From: the human T2T-CHM13v2.0 reference genome, Homo sapiens
Assembly: GCF_009914755.1 (NCBI RefSeq)
Contig: NC_060926.1
Length of the DNA stretch: 64,000 nt
Reading direction: 5' to 3' (one strand)
Part shown: piece by piece, positions 29,260 to 42,810 of the stretch
Layout of the letters: every line of letters begins with the position of its first letter
Numbering within the stretch: position 1 is the stretch's first letter
Program-made: the position numbers and the translations under genes
The notes under the pieces: generated by a model
Databases searched by the model: none
Told to the model about the DNA's origin: nothing
The model's input: only the letters and a program-made list of their open reading frames with translations

Positions 29260-30150
29260 ATGAGAAAACGTTCTGGAGTGATGATAATATCCTATATATT
29301 GATAAGAGTGTGGGTCATACAAACATATGTATTTGTCAACACTTTGGAATGGTACACTAAAGATTTGCAAAAAACCCAAAACACTCTTAAAAATATATTG
29401 AACTCTAATAAATGAAGACAGGCTGAAGTATTTAGAGATGAAATATGTTGATGTCCACAAATGTATCAAAAATATCAGATGGACTGATGGATGGACAAAA
29501 GGATAGATAGACAGGACAAAGGTCCCCATCCAGACCCCAAGAGAGGGCTCCCGGATCTTGTGCAAGAAAGAATTCAGAGCGAGTCTGCAGTGCAAAGTAA
29601 AAGCAAGTTTATTAAAAAAGTAAAATGGTGAAAGGACAGCTACTCCATAGACAGAGTAGGATGTTCCCAAAAGTAAGAGGAGGAACGCACCCACCCTAGG
29701 TACAATGCTTGCATATACGGGGAGATGTGCTCTGCTACTAGGGTTTGTGATAGAAAATTAATTTTCTTAATTACTATATTTTGCAAGAATCCATATTATT
29801 ATCTTTAAAGCAAAATTAGGAATGCCTTTATTCTCCAGACTTGGGATATCTGGACACTCCCAAGTCAGGGTCTGTTTTAGTAAACATTATTAATTTGTTC
29901 CCTTAAACATACACATCTAGAGGCTAGGAATGCCTAACTTTCTGGGAATGCAACCCAGCAAGTCCCAGCCTCATTTTCCTAGCCTCACTCAAAATGGAGT
30001 CGTTCTTGTTTGACTGCCTCTGACAGATAGATAGACCATTATGTGAGAAGGCAAACATGGTAAATGTTCATTGCAGAATCTAGGTGGTTACATGGATGTT
30101 TACTGGATAGTTCTTTTAATTTGATTTTTCTGAAAATTTTTCATAAGAAA
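29260..30150 (+). mobile_element. Old L1M 3' fragments hosting a MER41 LTR
   Basis: GTTCTGGAGTGATGATAATATCCTATATATTGA...; GAATCTAGGTGGTTACATGGATGTT. Confidence 0.6.
29506..30025 (-). mobile_element. MER41-family ERV1 solo LTR
   Basis: CCAGACCCCAAGAGAGGG...AAGAAAGAATTC; ends CTCAAAATGGAGTCG...GCCTCTGACA. Confidence 0.88.
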
Positions 30151-30569
30151 TTTAAATAATTTATAATTTAATGATACATAAAATGCTAGTAAAAATAACT
30201 AATTAACAAATACATTGTTTAAGTAGTAACAAATGACATTTAAAATTTTTTACAATAAAATGTTCGGTAGGGGAAAGTGGCAGAATCGTTCTTCTTAGGC
30301 CAACTCGTCATTTTACAGATGAGGAAACTAATGCTTAGAGAGCATGTCTGATACTTCTGATCCTATTATTCCACTTTTTAAGATCTCCAAAGGCTCCCTC
30401 ATTCCCTTTATAATAAAACCCAAGCTCTCTGGCTTGGCACACAAAGCACTTCATAACCTGTCCCTGACTCTTTCTCTGACCACATCCTCCATCCTACATG
30501 CAGAAGAGCACAGCCATGAGACACATGAGCAATGTAGCAGGCTAATAATCTGCCATCCTTTTAATATGA

Positions 30570-32960
30570 TAGCTCTTTTAAAACTAATTTTTACTTATCA
30601 AAGCAATATATGTACATAGCTTAAAATGTCAAGTAGTTCAAAAGGCTTGTAACAAAAAACAGCCGTATTTTCACGCAGCTCTATCCCACCCCCAACATTC
30701 CATTATCCAGAGACAATCACTTTCAGCTGTATTAGCTGTTTCTCTTTGCCTCCAATTCCTGGATTTGTGATTCTCTCTCTATTCATCAAGTTAGATATTA
30801 TCTATTGATTTCATTTTGTTGGTGGTGAGGCTATTAGCGCTGCTACTCTTCCTCTGCCCCTTCTCCCATTCTCCCAACGTAATTGTATCACATCTTTTGG
30901 TAAAATCCATATTCAGTTCAATTAATATGACTGTAAATATTGTTTTCTGATGAATCAAGAAAAGTGTTGAGATTACATTTTTTCTTGCATATCTTTTAAT
31001 TTATTTTGAAGTTGGCAATTGCTTACGTTTTTCCATTTGCTTAGATTTCATTGAACCAATTGTAAGTGTTCCCACAATAAACCAACAGCTGTGTAAAATG
31101 CTTCTCAACAAAAACTTTCACATGACCAACCTCTTAGATAATCTAATAGTAGTTCCATTTTCTTCCTCCTGGCACCATCCTTCCTGGAGCCCCCAGTCCC
31201 ACCTAATTCACACAGGTTATTTTCTGGGCTTGCCACCTGGCCTAGTCTTATCTGTTGGTCTTCAGGGACTTCCTTTGGTCATCATTCTGGAGATGCCCTT
31301 CACCTGACTCCTGTGTGTAATCCCCTGTTCCTTGGATCTTTCTTGGTTTATTTCATCATTTGGTGGAACAAATCATCCAGTAGTTTCCTGAGAAAGGATA
31401 TGTGAAAAGAACGTCTTTGTGTGATGTTACTTTTATAAAAATGTGTATATCCTATCCTCACCCATAATCAAAGGTTTGTTTTGGTGGGTGAGTATAGAAT
31501 TCTAGGTTAAAAATCATTTTTACTAAGATTTTCAATGGCATTATTCCATTAGCTTCCAGCTCTTAATGTTGTTGAGAAGTCCGGTAGTATTCTTTTACTC
31601 CAATCCTTTGGAATGATTTTTTTTTTCTCTTTGAAAGCCTTTTGTCTTCCTCTGAATTTTTGTTTTTATTCTGCTGGCTTCCACCTACATTATTGGGGGA
31701 TTTAATCACATCTCCCGTGATTTTTGTGTATCTTTTCTATTCATTTTGTGAAATGAAAATAAATCTCAGGACCCCTGAAATCACTAAGCCAAAGGGAAAA
31801 GTCAAGCTGGAAACTGTATAAGACAAACCTGCCTCCCATTTTATTACTAAATAAGATAGCTACAAAGAGTTTTTTTTTGTTTGTTTGTTTGTTTTTTAAC
31901 TACATACCTCCTTCACAATTTGCTCACAAGGAAATTCCTTGTGGATAAAGGATAGACAGAACTCAAAGTCATCCGTCTGTTCACCTGAGACAACTGCCTA
32001 TCTGACTGCTTACTCTGCCCTATTGTTTCACTAAGGCGGACTGACATAAGTGTCTACTCCTCTACTCTATTCTCACATGTAAATTGTATATTCAGTGAAA
32101 GGCTAATCAGAAACTCAAAAGAATGCAAACTTTTGTCTTTTATCTATCTAAGACCTGGAAGCTTCTTCTTCCCCTTTGAGTTGTTCTGCCTTTCTGGATC
32201 AAAACAATGTACATCTTACACATATTCATTGATGTCTCATGTCTCTCTAAAATGTATAAAACCAAGCTGTGCCCTGCCCACCTTGGGCACATATCATCTG
32301 GACCTCCTAAGGCTGTGTCAGGGGCACATCTTTAACCTTGGCAAAATAAACTTTTGAAATTGATTGAGATCTGTCTCAGATACTTTTGGGTTAACAAATT
32401 ATATTAAATAAAACAAGGTATTTGAAAGATGTTTGGAAGCTATTTATATGTTGGTGGCCCTGTCTTCTGATGGCCTTTACTAGATTATAAACAGATGGCC
32501 AGCAAACTTTTTCATTTGGTATCCCTACAATTAATATAAGTAGGTCTCTTCTCCGGTGGTATTCGATTTCTCCAGAGAAGGATCACCCCGTCTCTATGAG
32601 TGGAGGGGAAAGAGGTAGTGCCGCTAAACCTGGCAGAGAAGGGCATGGAGGCTCTTACTTTCCTCTTTTCAGACTCTAGCACCTCACTGCCAGCTCTCCT
32701 CTGTGTGGTACCTGATTTCCTAAGACTTTCTAGCTTAGCTTTTCCATAAACCCATCTTCCTATTTTGTAGAGTGGGTGGGAACCTAGACATCTAGGGGCT
32801 TCTTACACACTCTTACTCCCTATTTTCACTCCTTCACCTAGCCTCTGTCTTCCAGGTACCTGATGCCACCAATTCCTGAGTTTTTCTGCTGTTCAGTGGA
32901 GTGGACTATCGCCTTCAAATTAGCCTGGCCCTGGGCAGGTACGTTAGTTTGACCTTCCTC
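30570..32960 (-). mobile_element. HAL1/ancient L1 remnant interrupted by a MER4 LTR
   Basis: TTCTTGGTTTATTTCATCATTTGGTGGAACAAATCATCCAGTAGTTTCCTGAGAAAGG is the antisense counterpart of the motif at about 13440-13800. Confidence 0.65.
31747..32396 (+). mobile_element. MER4A-family ERV1 solo LTR
   Basis: TGTGAAATGAAAATAAATCTCAGGACCCC...AAGCCAAAGGGAAAAGTCAAGCTGG...TCTCAGATACTTTTGGGTTAACA. Confidence 0.88.
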
Positions 32961-33039
32961 CTCTTTAGTTCAGTGCTGCCCCTAAATGGACTTCTCCTTG
33001 GAGGAGATGGCTAGAAAATATAAAGTTCATTGATTATAT

Positions 33040-33940
<901 letters not shown>

Positions 33941-34144
33941 GAGCAGAACGCCCAGCTATCTTGGACGGGGCAACAAGTCAATTGTTCCCATTTTACCCTT
34001 GGGCTGATCCATACTCGTAAACAGTTCTTCAACCCCTGGACAGATTATTATGAATTCTACAGTTCTTTCCTTCTTTCAGTAAGTTTAGCTTTTCTGAGAA
34101 TTTCACTTACTTTTAAAAATTATGAAGACTCAAGTGAGACTTAA

Positions 34145-34633
<489 letters not shown>

Positions 34634-36323
34634 AGAGACATTTTTAAAAGCTGACTTTGGATATACTCTCTCTTCTCCTATTAGAAATGACTAGTATGTT
34701 TTATTCTCATTTAGCAAACCAAGACTGCTAAGATTTCTGCTTGTGTGATATTATCAAGTTGTGGTGTCACTGGCACTGGCTTCCAGGTTATACCAGGCTG
34801 GGTTCCTCATTTGCACACTAACATCTACAGTGTCCAGATCTACATTTATAGAGAATACACACCTAGTGCAGCCTATTAAATGTTTCACCTAGAAATGATG
34901 TCCAGGGCACCCCACTCAGACTGACCACCAAAGGCCCTCAGCAAAATGGCCAAGTAGGTATAGTTTGCCTTTGGTGCCTACTCATAGCCCCCATCTTTGC
35001 CTCATCCCCATGTCCTTTTTCCCCAGCCACAGTTTTTTTGCGTTCAGCTCTACTGCAAAAAAAAAAAAAAAAAAATTTAGAGGCACAAGGGAGGCATTGA
35101 GAGAGATGAAGAGAATTTTTTTTTTTAATGACTCTGACAGTAAATGATTCTTTCTGGGGGCATGCGGATGCTTATGTGTCCACCCCCAAACTGCTCTTAC
35201 ACATCTTCAAAGAGGCCCTCAGAGAAGGAGAAGGGGGTCTGTGGGAACAAGATAAGGGAGAGAAAAGGTTCAGAAAGGAGAAGTTCTGATGACAGCCTTG
35301 CCCTTGACAGCAGAAGAGAAGATATCTACATTTCTGGGTAACAGATAAGGATAAAGTTGAACACCATGTCAGGTTTTTTTGGAGACTTTGTACTTCCCCA
35401 TGTTGTTATTTTTGTTATTACCTTCTGTTTTTCCATGATAATTAGTCCCAAACGAAGCCCTTAAAATGGAAAGGGTCAGTGTATTTATTTTGGTGCACAG
35501 CAAGAAGGGAGTATATCCCACCCTACATTCACTCTTGAAGAAAAATGAGAACCAAGAACTTGAAAGTTTAACTGGGAAGTCTGAGAGTTCCCCAACAATC
35601 CTTAGAGCAATGCAAACCTCCTCAACTCCAAATGCTCCATGTTTTAACGTGACCTTTCCTTTCTTACCCTTAATCCAAACTTCAATGTGGGTAAAACAGG
35701 AAGAGAGAGTACCTGGATCACCATGGCAAAATCGGAGAAGGCGTCACAGAAGAGGAAGATACGTATGCGCTTCTTAATGTGGCATCATCTCTAACAAAAT
35801 ACTTGCATAATGCACATACATCAGCCACAGTGCCTGGGTCAGCCTCCACGGTATCTTCAGGGCAAGCATCACTTTCCATTTCCCAAAAGGAATAGCTACT
35901 TTCTATTTTGTTTTTGGAAAAGGAAGGTAGGGCAGAGTGAGCCCTAAGAGAAACATCCAGTGGAAACATGTTTTAGAGTCTGCTAGATTCACTTCAGAGC
36001 CCATGATTCTCTTGCATGTATTCCTGAAAGTGATTATATTAACCAGACACAAATGGGAAACATTTTACATTAATGACTATAGCTGTGTTCCCTTTATCTT
36101 GCCAAAGAAAGTGTCTATATGTTTTCCTTTTATTCTGTTAATTATTCAGCATCAATGAAAAGTACCCTTGCAAAATTTTTTTACCAAAACCAGGTTTCCT
36201 ATGTCACTTTCATACATAATAGGAAATGAAGACCCTGAATCAGCCCATCAGAAGCAGGAGATCCCTTTCGTCGACCTTCTCATTCCATCTCTATGCTGGA
36301 GCATTCTTGTGACCTAACCATAT

Positions 36324-37001
36324 TGAAACTGCCTTTGCAAAATATGACTGAGACAGTGAAAGAGGTATAACTTCACCAATTCCATCTTGGTTCTAACCTC
36401 CAAGCTCTCCTTGATCATTCCTAGGCATAGGCTGAACTAACTTTGGGAGAAACTTAGTTTATAGTTTACAATTTAAAACAGACATGGTAACAGCCCTTTC
36501 CTAAAGCAGGCCTCCTTCTTGCCTGGGAACTAGATTGCCTCCGTAGGACTAACATTAGCCACAAGATTAGAAATTATGGTTTAGGAGTCACGCAACTGGA
36601 GGCTATAAGATTCTGACCCTCCCTAAACTGCTCCTAAGATCAGTGCTTGAGATATTTTGCAGACCCTGCACTTGATGGATCAGCTGGCACTACCCAGATC
36701 AATAAACTGGCTCATCTGATCCTGGGTGGCCCACCCAGGAACTGACTCAGTTCAGGAAGACAGCTTCAACTCCCTGTGATTTCATCCCTAACCAATCAGT
36801 ACTCCCGGCTCCCCCCATCCACCAAGTTGTCCTTAAAAACTGCTCCAGAGTCTCGGGGAGACTGATTTGAGTAACAATAAAACACCAGTCTCCCGCACAG
36901 CGAGCTCTGTGTCAATTACTCTTTCTCTATTGCAATTCCCCTGTCTTGAGAAATCAGCTCTGTCTAGGCAGTGGGCAAGGTAAACCCCTTGGGTGGTTCC
37001 A
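36324..37001 (+). mobile_element. LTR8-family ERV1 solo LTR
   Basis: TGAAACTGCCTTTGCAAAA...AATAAAACACCAGTCTCC...GGGTGGTTCCA. Confidence 0.9.
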
Positions 37002-37159
37002 AATTGTTTACCTTCCAGTCTTCTAGGATGACCTACCATACACATCCTCAAGAGTCTCTTGAGTAGCACCCATTTCCTTCTCTAGCTTCCCTTCCCTTTG
37101 CTTCTTGGGTTTGGGGCTGGTGGCTGGAAGGAATTAGGAGGCTATAGCCTGTTTTAGGG

Positions 37160-37310
37160 TAGAGTGCAGTAGAGTAGTGGTTATGAGGGTGGCCTCTGCA
37201 GTCTCACTGCCTGTATTACAATCCTTGTTTCCTCCACTTAACAGCAGTGTTGCCTTGAGCAAATATCTAAATTCCCAAAGCCTATAAAATGAGGATCACA
37301 AACCCTTAAC
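37160..37310 (+). mobile_element. MIR
   Basis: GTAGTGGTTATGAG...CCTTGAGCAAAT...TATAAAATGAGGAT. Confidence 0.6.
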
Positions 37311-37587
37311 ATAGCCAGGTTGACAGTGGCACAAACCTGACTTCTGCTAAAATAACAACTAATAATCCCAAATTGGGTACCCCACTTACACTTGTCAGTA
37401 AAGACAACTGACAGCCCTAATCCTGAGTGGGCATTCCACCTGAGTGGGAAGACAACACTTCTAAGCAGCCCAGCACTTATATAATATCTAATCAATAAAG
37501 CCAGATATTGCCAGCCAATAAGAGACACTCTAAGACTTGGTTTTTTAATATAGAAGAGAGCTAGTTTGTGGTTTTAGCTTTAGAAGA

Positions 37588-38160
37588 TGTGGTAGCCAAC
37601 CCCAAGGTGGCCCCCCAATGATCTACACCTCCAGGTATTCATGCCCTTGGGTAGTTCTCTCCTACATTGTGTCAGAGTTGGTCTATGTGATGGATAGAAT
37701 ATGGCAGAAATGATGAAATGTCAATTACAAGGTTAAGTTACAAAAGACATTGTGGCTTCTGCCTTGCTTTCTCTTGTACTGCACTTTCTCAGGGACGCCC
37801 ATTGCCATGGCTTGAGGCCTAGAGAAGAGGCCCATGAGGCAAGGAACTGAAGTCTTCTTCAGTCTTCCTACATCCAGCAAGGAACTCAGGTCTTTTCAAT
37901 GAGTGCAGTCAGCTACCACTCTTGCCAAGAGCCATGAGTGTCTGTCATCTTAGAAGCCAATCCTCCATCCCAATCAAGCCTTCAGATGACTGCAGGCTTG
38001 GCCAACATCTTGTCTACAACTTCACGAGACACTGTAAGCCAGGAACGTTCAGCTAAGCTGCTCCTAGATTTCTTACCCTTGGAAACTGTGAGATAATAAA
38101 TGTTTGTTGTTTTAAGCTGCTAAACTTGAGGTAACTTTTGGGAGTACCCAGCAATACACA
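37588..38160 (+). mobile_element. MLT1 (F/G-like) LTR
   Basis: TGTGGTAGCC...GGAAACTGTGAGATAATAAATGTTTGTTGTTTTAAGCTGCTAA. Confidence 0.85.
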
Positions 38161-38165
38161 ACTAA

Positions 38166-38549
<384 letters not shown>

Positions 38550-38589
38550 TAAAATAAATTTCCACTCAGATCTCACACTGTGGCAATAA

Positions 38590-38700
38590 TATGCCTATTT
38601 CATCAAGTTGGGAGGATTAAGCAGATAGTGCATGTGAAGTGTTTAGTACGAGCCCAGTACATGGTAAGCACTCAACTAATGCTATTTACCACTATTATAC
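38590..38700 (+). mobile_element. MIR 3' part
   Basis: GAGGATTAAGCAGATAGTGCATGTGAAGTGTTTAG...GGTAAGCACTCAA. Confidence 0.7.
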
Positions 38701-39519
38701 AGAGACATAGGCCTGTGGGTGGTTTCTCTGGCTCTTGGTGTCCAAGAGGCTTAAGGCACAGCATAATTAATGAGGACTTAGAGCTCAGGGGACAGGGAAG
38801 GAAATCCGAATGGATCTTCCCCACTCCTAGTAGCTCAGAGGGAGCAAGCCTCCAGCTGCTACAGCCAGGACTCCCTTCTATGCGGGCAGAAGGAACAGGT
38901 CAGAGAAGAAACATCCCCTTTTCTTGGTCCCTCAATTGACAAAGCAGTATGTAAAATGATAGAAAAAATGTACCAAGTGAGGAAAGGGAAAGAAACAGGA
39001 AGTTAAGGTAGGAAAGTTATCTTCATCTGCTTCTTGATTTTGCCCTGGAACTACCTCGTTTATTTTCAGCTTTCCCTGGGCCAAGCAGAATCTGTGCACA
39101 ACCATGCATTCTAGAGCTTAGGACAAAGCACAAGTCTACTGTCTAGCATCTGCCTGTGGCCTAGGCCATCTCCGGTATGTATGGGCTGTAAGAAAAGTGG
39201 TAGGCTCTGGGGGTGCAAGTCAGGAGGTTTATTACTGGATCATTTATTGTCAGGGGAACCATGCCAGAAGGGAAAGGTAGTTGCTTGGAATACAAAGAAC
39301 AAAGTGCAGACTCTGATCTGAAAGTCTGTCAATCCATGTGCCAAACTAAAGTAATTAGGCAGGAAATAAACTGAAGAACAATTGAGAGCCAAGAGTGGTC
39401 AGAGACAGACTAAAGTAAAATGGGTCACTTGGAGCAATCATGGAATTAATTTGGTGAATGTTGTTTATATGCTGAAGCCATTATTGTTAAATACACTAAA
39501 TGTAAGCCTCACAATTTTC

Positions 39520-39628
39520 ATCTTTTTGATCACAGTTATATTCCTAGTACCTAGATCAGAGCCTGGCGATAGTAGGTGCTTCATAAATATTTGTTAAGTG
39601 AACGAATGAATGAATGAATGAATGAATG
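39520..39628 (+). mobile_element. L2 3' end with (GAAT)n tail
   Basis: CCTGGCGATAGTAGGTGCTTCATAAATATTTGTT...GAATGAATGAATG. Confidence 0.8.
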
Positions 39629-41643
39629 CAAATGTGATTCAACACAGCTCGAGAAGTTGGGGTAAATTTAGAAAGACCTATTATTTAAGTATACACACAG
39701 ATTTATTTTAATTTATACAGTTATGATTCACACTTTTTTTAGGGACAATCTCCCATATAACTCTGTAGCCAATGTGCATTATGCATTCTGCTTGGAGACT
39801 TGGTCAGGTTTCAAGTTCTTCCTGACTAAAAACTTTGAGTTCCACTCACCAGTTAGACAAATTAGAGTGTTCTAGCTTTGTGGGCTATGGAAATAGAAGG
39901 GAGAAACAAGCTGGCTGTTACAAATATGTCATATGAGGAAATTATAGTTTGAATTCACTGGTCAGTACCAACATATTAACAGAATTAATTGTCCTTCAAG
40001 GGTTGTAAGCTGCCATATCTTTAAGGGGTAGAAATACTCAACTAGCTGTCTAACATATGGGCCCCCAAATGATCTACTCTTAGAGAAACTCATTTGATGA
40101 GACCAACTGTTTCTCAGCCTAAGACTCTCCAGGATCACTGCATTTCTGTTGTTCCATTTGTATGAATAAACAAGAAACCTAAGAAATGTCTATATTTTCT
40201 CTGCTCTTCCCAGGCTGGACTAGAGATGTGAACTCTACTTGTTTGACAAGAATCCTTTACTCTCTACCTTTAGGACTTTCAATCATTTCAGAAATCTCTT
40301 GCTCAGTAAACAAATCTCTCTTTACAAGGAGATAATGCAGCACAAAGTTCAGCTCAGAGTCTATGCAGGAAAGACTGCAGTTACCCATCGATTGTCCACA
40401 GTCGACTTGGTTTGAGCTTCCGCAGAGCTCAACTTGGGAACAGTACTGTCACCTGGAGCCATTCTGTGCTGAATGACAGCCATCTGCTTTCCATGTGCCC
40501 TTTCTATTTGGACAAATAAAAATAATCACCCCACATGACAATCCATAAATTCATAGTTCTTCAAAGACACTTAGCCCCACTTCTGAGTAGTAAGACCTCT
40601 GACAGCAATTCTTTGGGTATCAAGAATGGATCACCTAGAGCAAACCTGCGAAATATTGAGAACGTGCATTTCTAACAAGAAAAATGCTCTTGATTCCTGT
40701 TTTGGAAACTTTTATTTTCCCATCTGTCTGTAATTGGATTACTCAGATGATGCACAAAGAGTGAGTGAACAATTATTTACATGAACCCTGGCTTAAGACC
40801 CTAAATTCTGACCATACTGATACTAGTTTAAAATAATATATGATTTGTTATAATCCTATTATTATTCCTATTCATAACATGTGTCCTTATCTTCAAAGAT
40901 AATCCACTATTGAAGTATTAGGGATTTGGGAGTTGTGGATAAAAGAAGTGAATTAAATTCATTCATTCAACAAGTATTATTGTACCTACTATCTTGGCCT
41001 GATACCCCTGCAGTGGGATGCAGGGGTGATTTTATATTTATTGAGGGCCATCCTTGTGACTTTCCCACTTTCATCTTCATTCAGAAGATACCTGTGTCTT
41101 TGTAGCTATCTATTAATTGATTTATAACATTATATGCAGCACTATACCAATGTGCACTATAATTACTTTTTTAAAGGTGGAGTTTTATGACTCTTATATT
41201 GTGTGCATCATGAAGTTTGGACAGTTAGCCTGGAACAAATATATTCACTTTTTTAGTTCTCCTTTCTGTCAAAGATTATTTTGTCAAAACAAATATAACA
41301 AGGAAAACACATATTTTGAGAATCAGTCTTACTGTTATTACAGTGCTGTAAAATTTGCCACTCAACACTACTGATGACCTAAATAACAACAGTTGAGAAG
41401 CAGCCAGAGTCCCAGGCTTCCCACATACCACTATTGCTTAGACAAATAAAAAGCACGTGGTGAGAAACTTCCAGCATCAAAAAAGAGAATCAAAAGCAAA
41501 GGTTTACAGCTTTGATGCTGTCTTGCCTTTGAGAAATCCCTCCAGAGGACAAACGGCACTGGGGTGACTACTGTTTAAAATAAAAGTCTTCCTAGAACCA
41601 CTATGAATGCAGTGAAAAGAAACAGACTTTAATATACACACAT

Positions 41644-41812
41644 AGCTGGGCGTGGTGGTGCACGCCTGTAGTCCCAGCTACTCAGGAGGCTAAGGGTGGG
41701 AGGATTGCTTGAGCTCAGGAGTCCAAGGCTGCAGTGAGCTATGATGGTGCTACTACACTCCAGCCTGGACAACAGAGCAAGGCCCCAACTCTAAAATAAA
41801 TAAATAATAAAA
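41644..41812 (+). mobile_element. Alu right monomer (FRAM/AluJ)
   Basis: Right arm only with A-rich tail. Confidence 0.88.
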
Positions 41813-42075
41813 ATACACACATACATATGTACATCATATACATATATGCACACATATATGCACACACATATACGCACACATATATGCACACACATATGCA
41901 CACACATATATGCACACATATGTATGCACATATATGCACACCTATGTATACATATATGCACACCCATGTATACACATATATGCACACCTATGTATACACA
42001 TATGCATACATATATGTATACATATATATGTATACACATATACACACATATATGTATACACATATATACATATAT
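41813..42075. repeat. Alternating purine-pyrimidine (CA/TA/TG) compound microsatellite
   Basis: About 260 bp of CACATATATGCACA-type units. Confidence 0.95.
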
Positions 42076-42515
42076 AACTATATTATATAAAGTAGTATAT
42101 GTCTGAGGGAAAGTAATGGGAAGAAGTAAGGGAACCAAAGGGAAACCGTGTGTGAACTCCTCCCACCTCAGGACTTTGAAAGGTAATACTTGGCTTTTTG
42201 AAGTAAGCACCTCTCTGAAGGGGACAGTGATCAGAATGAATTCACACCTGGTGAGCCTGTTTTGTTTTGTTAGCATAGCACTAAGCAGCAGAATATGCTG
42301 GAAACTTTCTTTGTACAAAGTGCACCTTAACTTCTGCAACTGCTGTGAAGTTGGTCATTTTAGGATTCATAATTTGGAAAAGAAAATGAAAGTACCCTGG
42401 TGTTTTTACTTATTCCAACCACTAAAATGGAAGTTTCATGAGAGCACAGATGTGCTCACAGCTATGACCCTACATCTATAAATTGATGGTCCTTAATAAA
42501 TATTTGTCAGTTGAA

Positions 42516-42810
42516 GGCCAGGCACAGTGGCTCACGCCTGTAATCCCAGCACTTTGGGAGGCTGAGGCAGGCAGATCACTTGAGGTCAGGAGTTTGAGAC
42601 AAGCCTGGCCAACATGGTGAAACCCCATCTCTACTAAAAATAGAAAAATTAGCTGGGTGTGGTGGCACGCGCCTGTAATCCCAGCTACTCAGGAGGCTGA
42701 GGCAGGAGAATCACTTGAACCCAGGAGGTGGAGGTTTCAGTGAGCCAAGATCGCACCACTGCATTCCAGCCTGGGTAACAGAGCAAGACTCCGTCTCAAA
42801 AAAAAAAAAA
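42516..42810 (+). mobile_element. AluSx/Sz inserted in an L2 3' end
   Basis: Full dimer; TSD TTGT(C/T)AGTTGAA. Confidence 0.95.

Noticed and set aside
35722-35793. CACCATGG Kozak-like start with short ORF MAKSEKASQKRKIRMRF
   Set aside because: Only 23 codons, with no recognisable homology or promoter evidence.
40400-40450. Possible miRNA hairpin
   Set aside because: Only about 7 bp of solid stem; too weak for a pre-miRNA.
41739-42339. Long ORFs (up to 182 aa) rich in C/I/Y/V/H/T
   Set aside because: Artefact of the stop-free CA/TA microsatellite.
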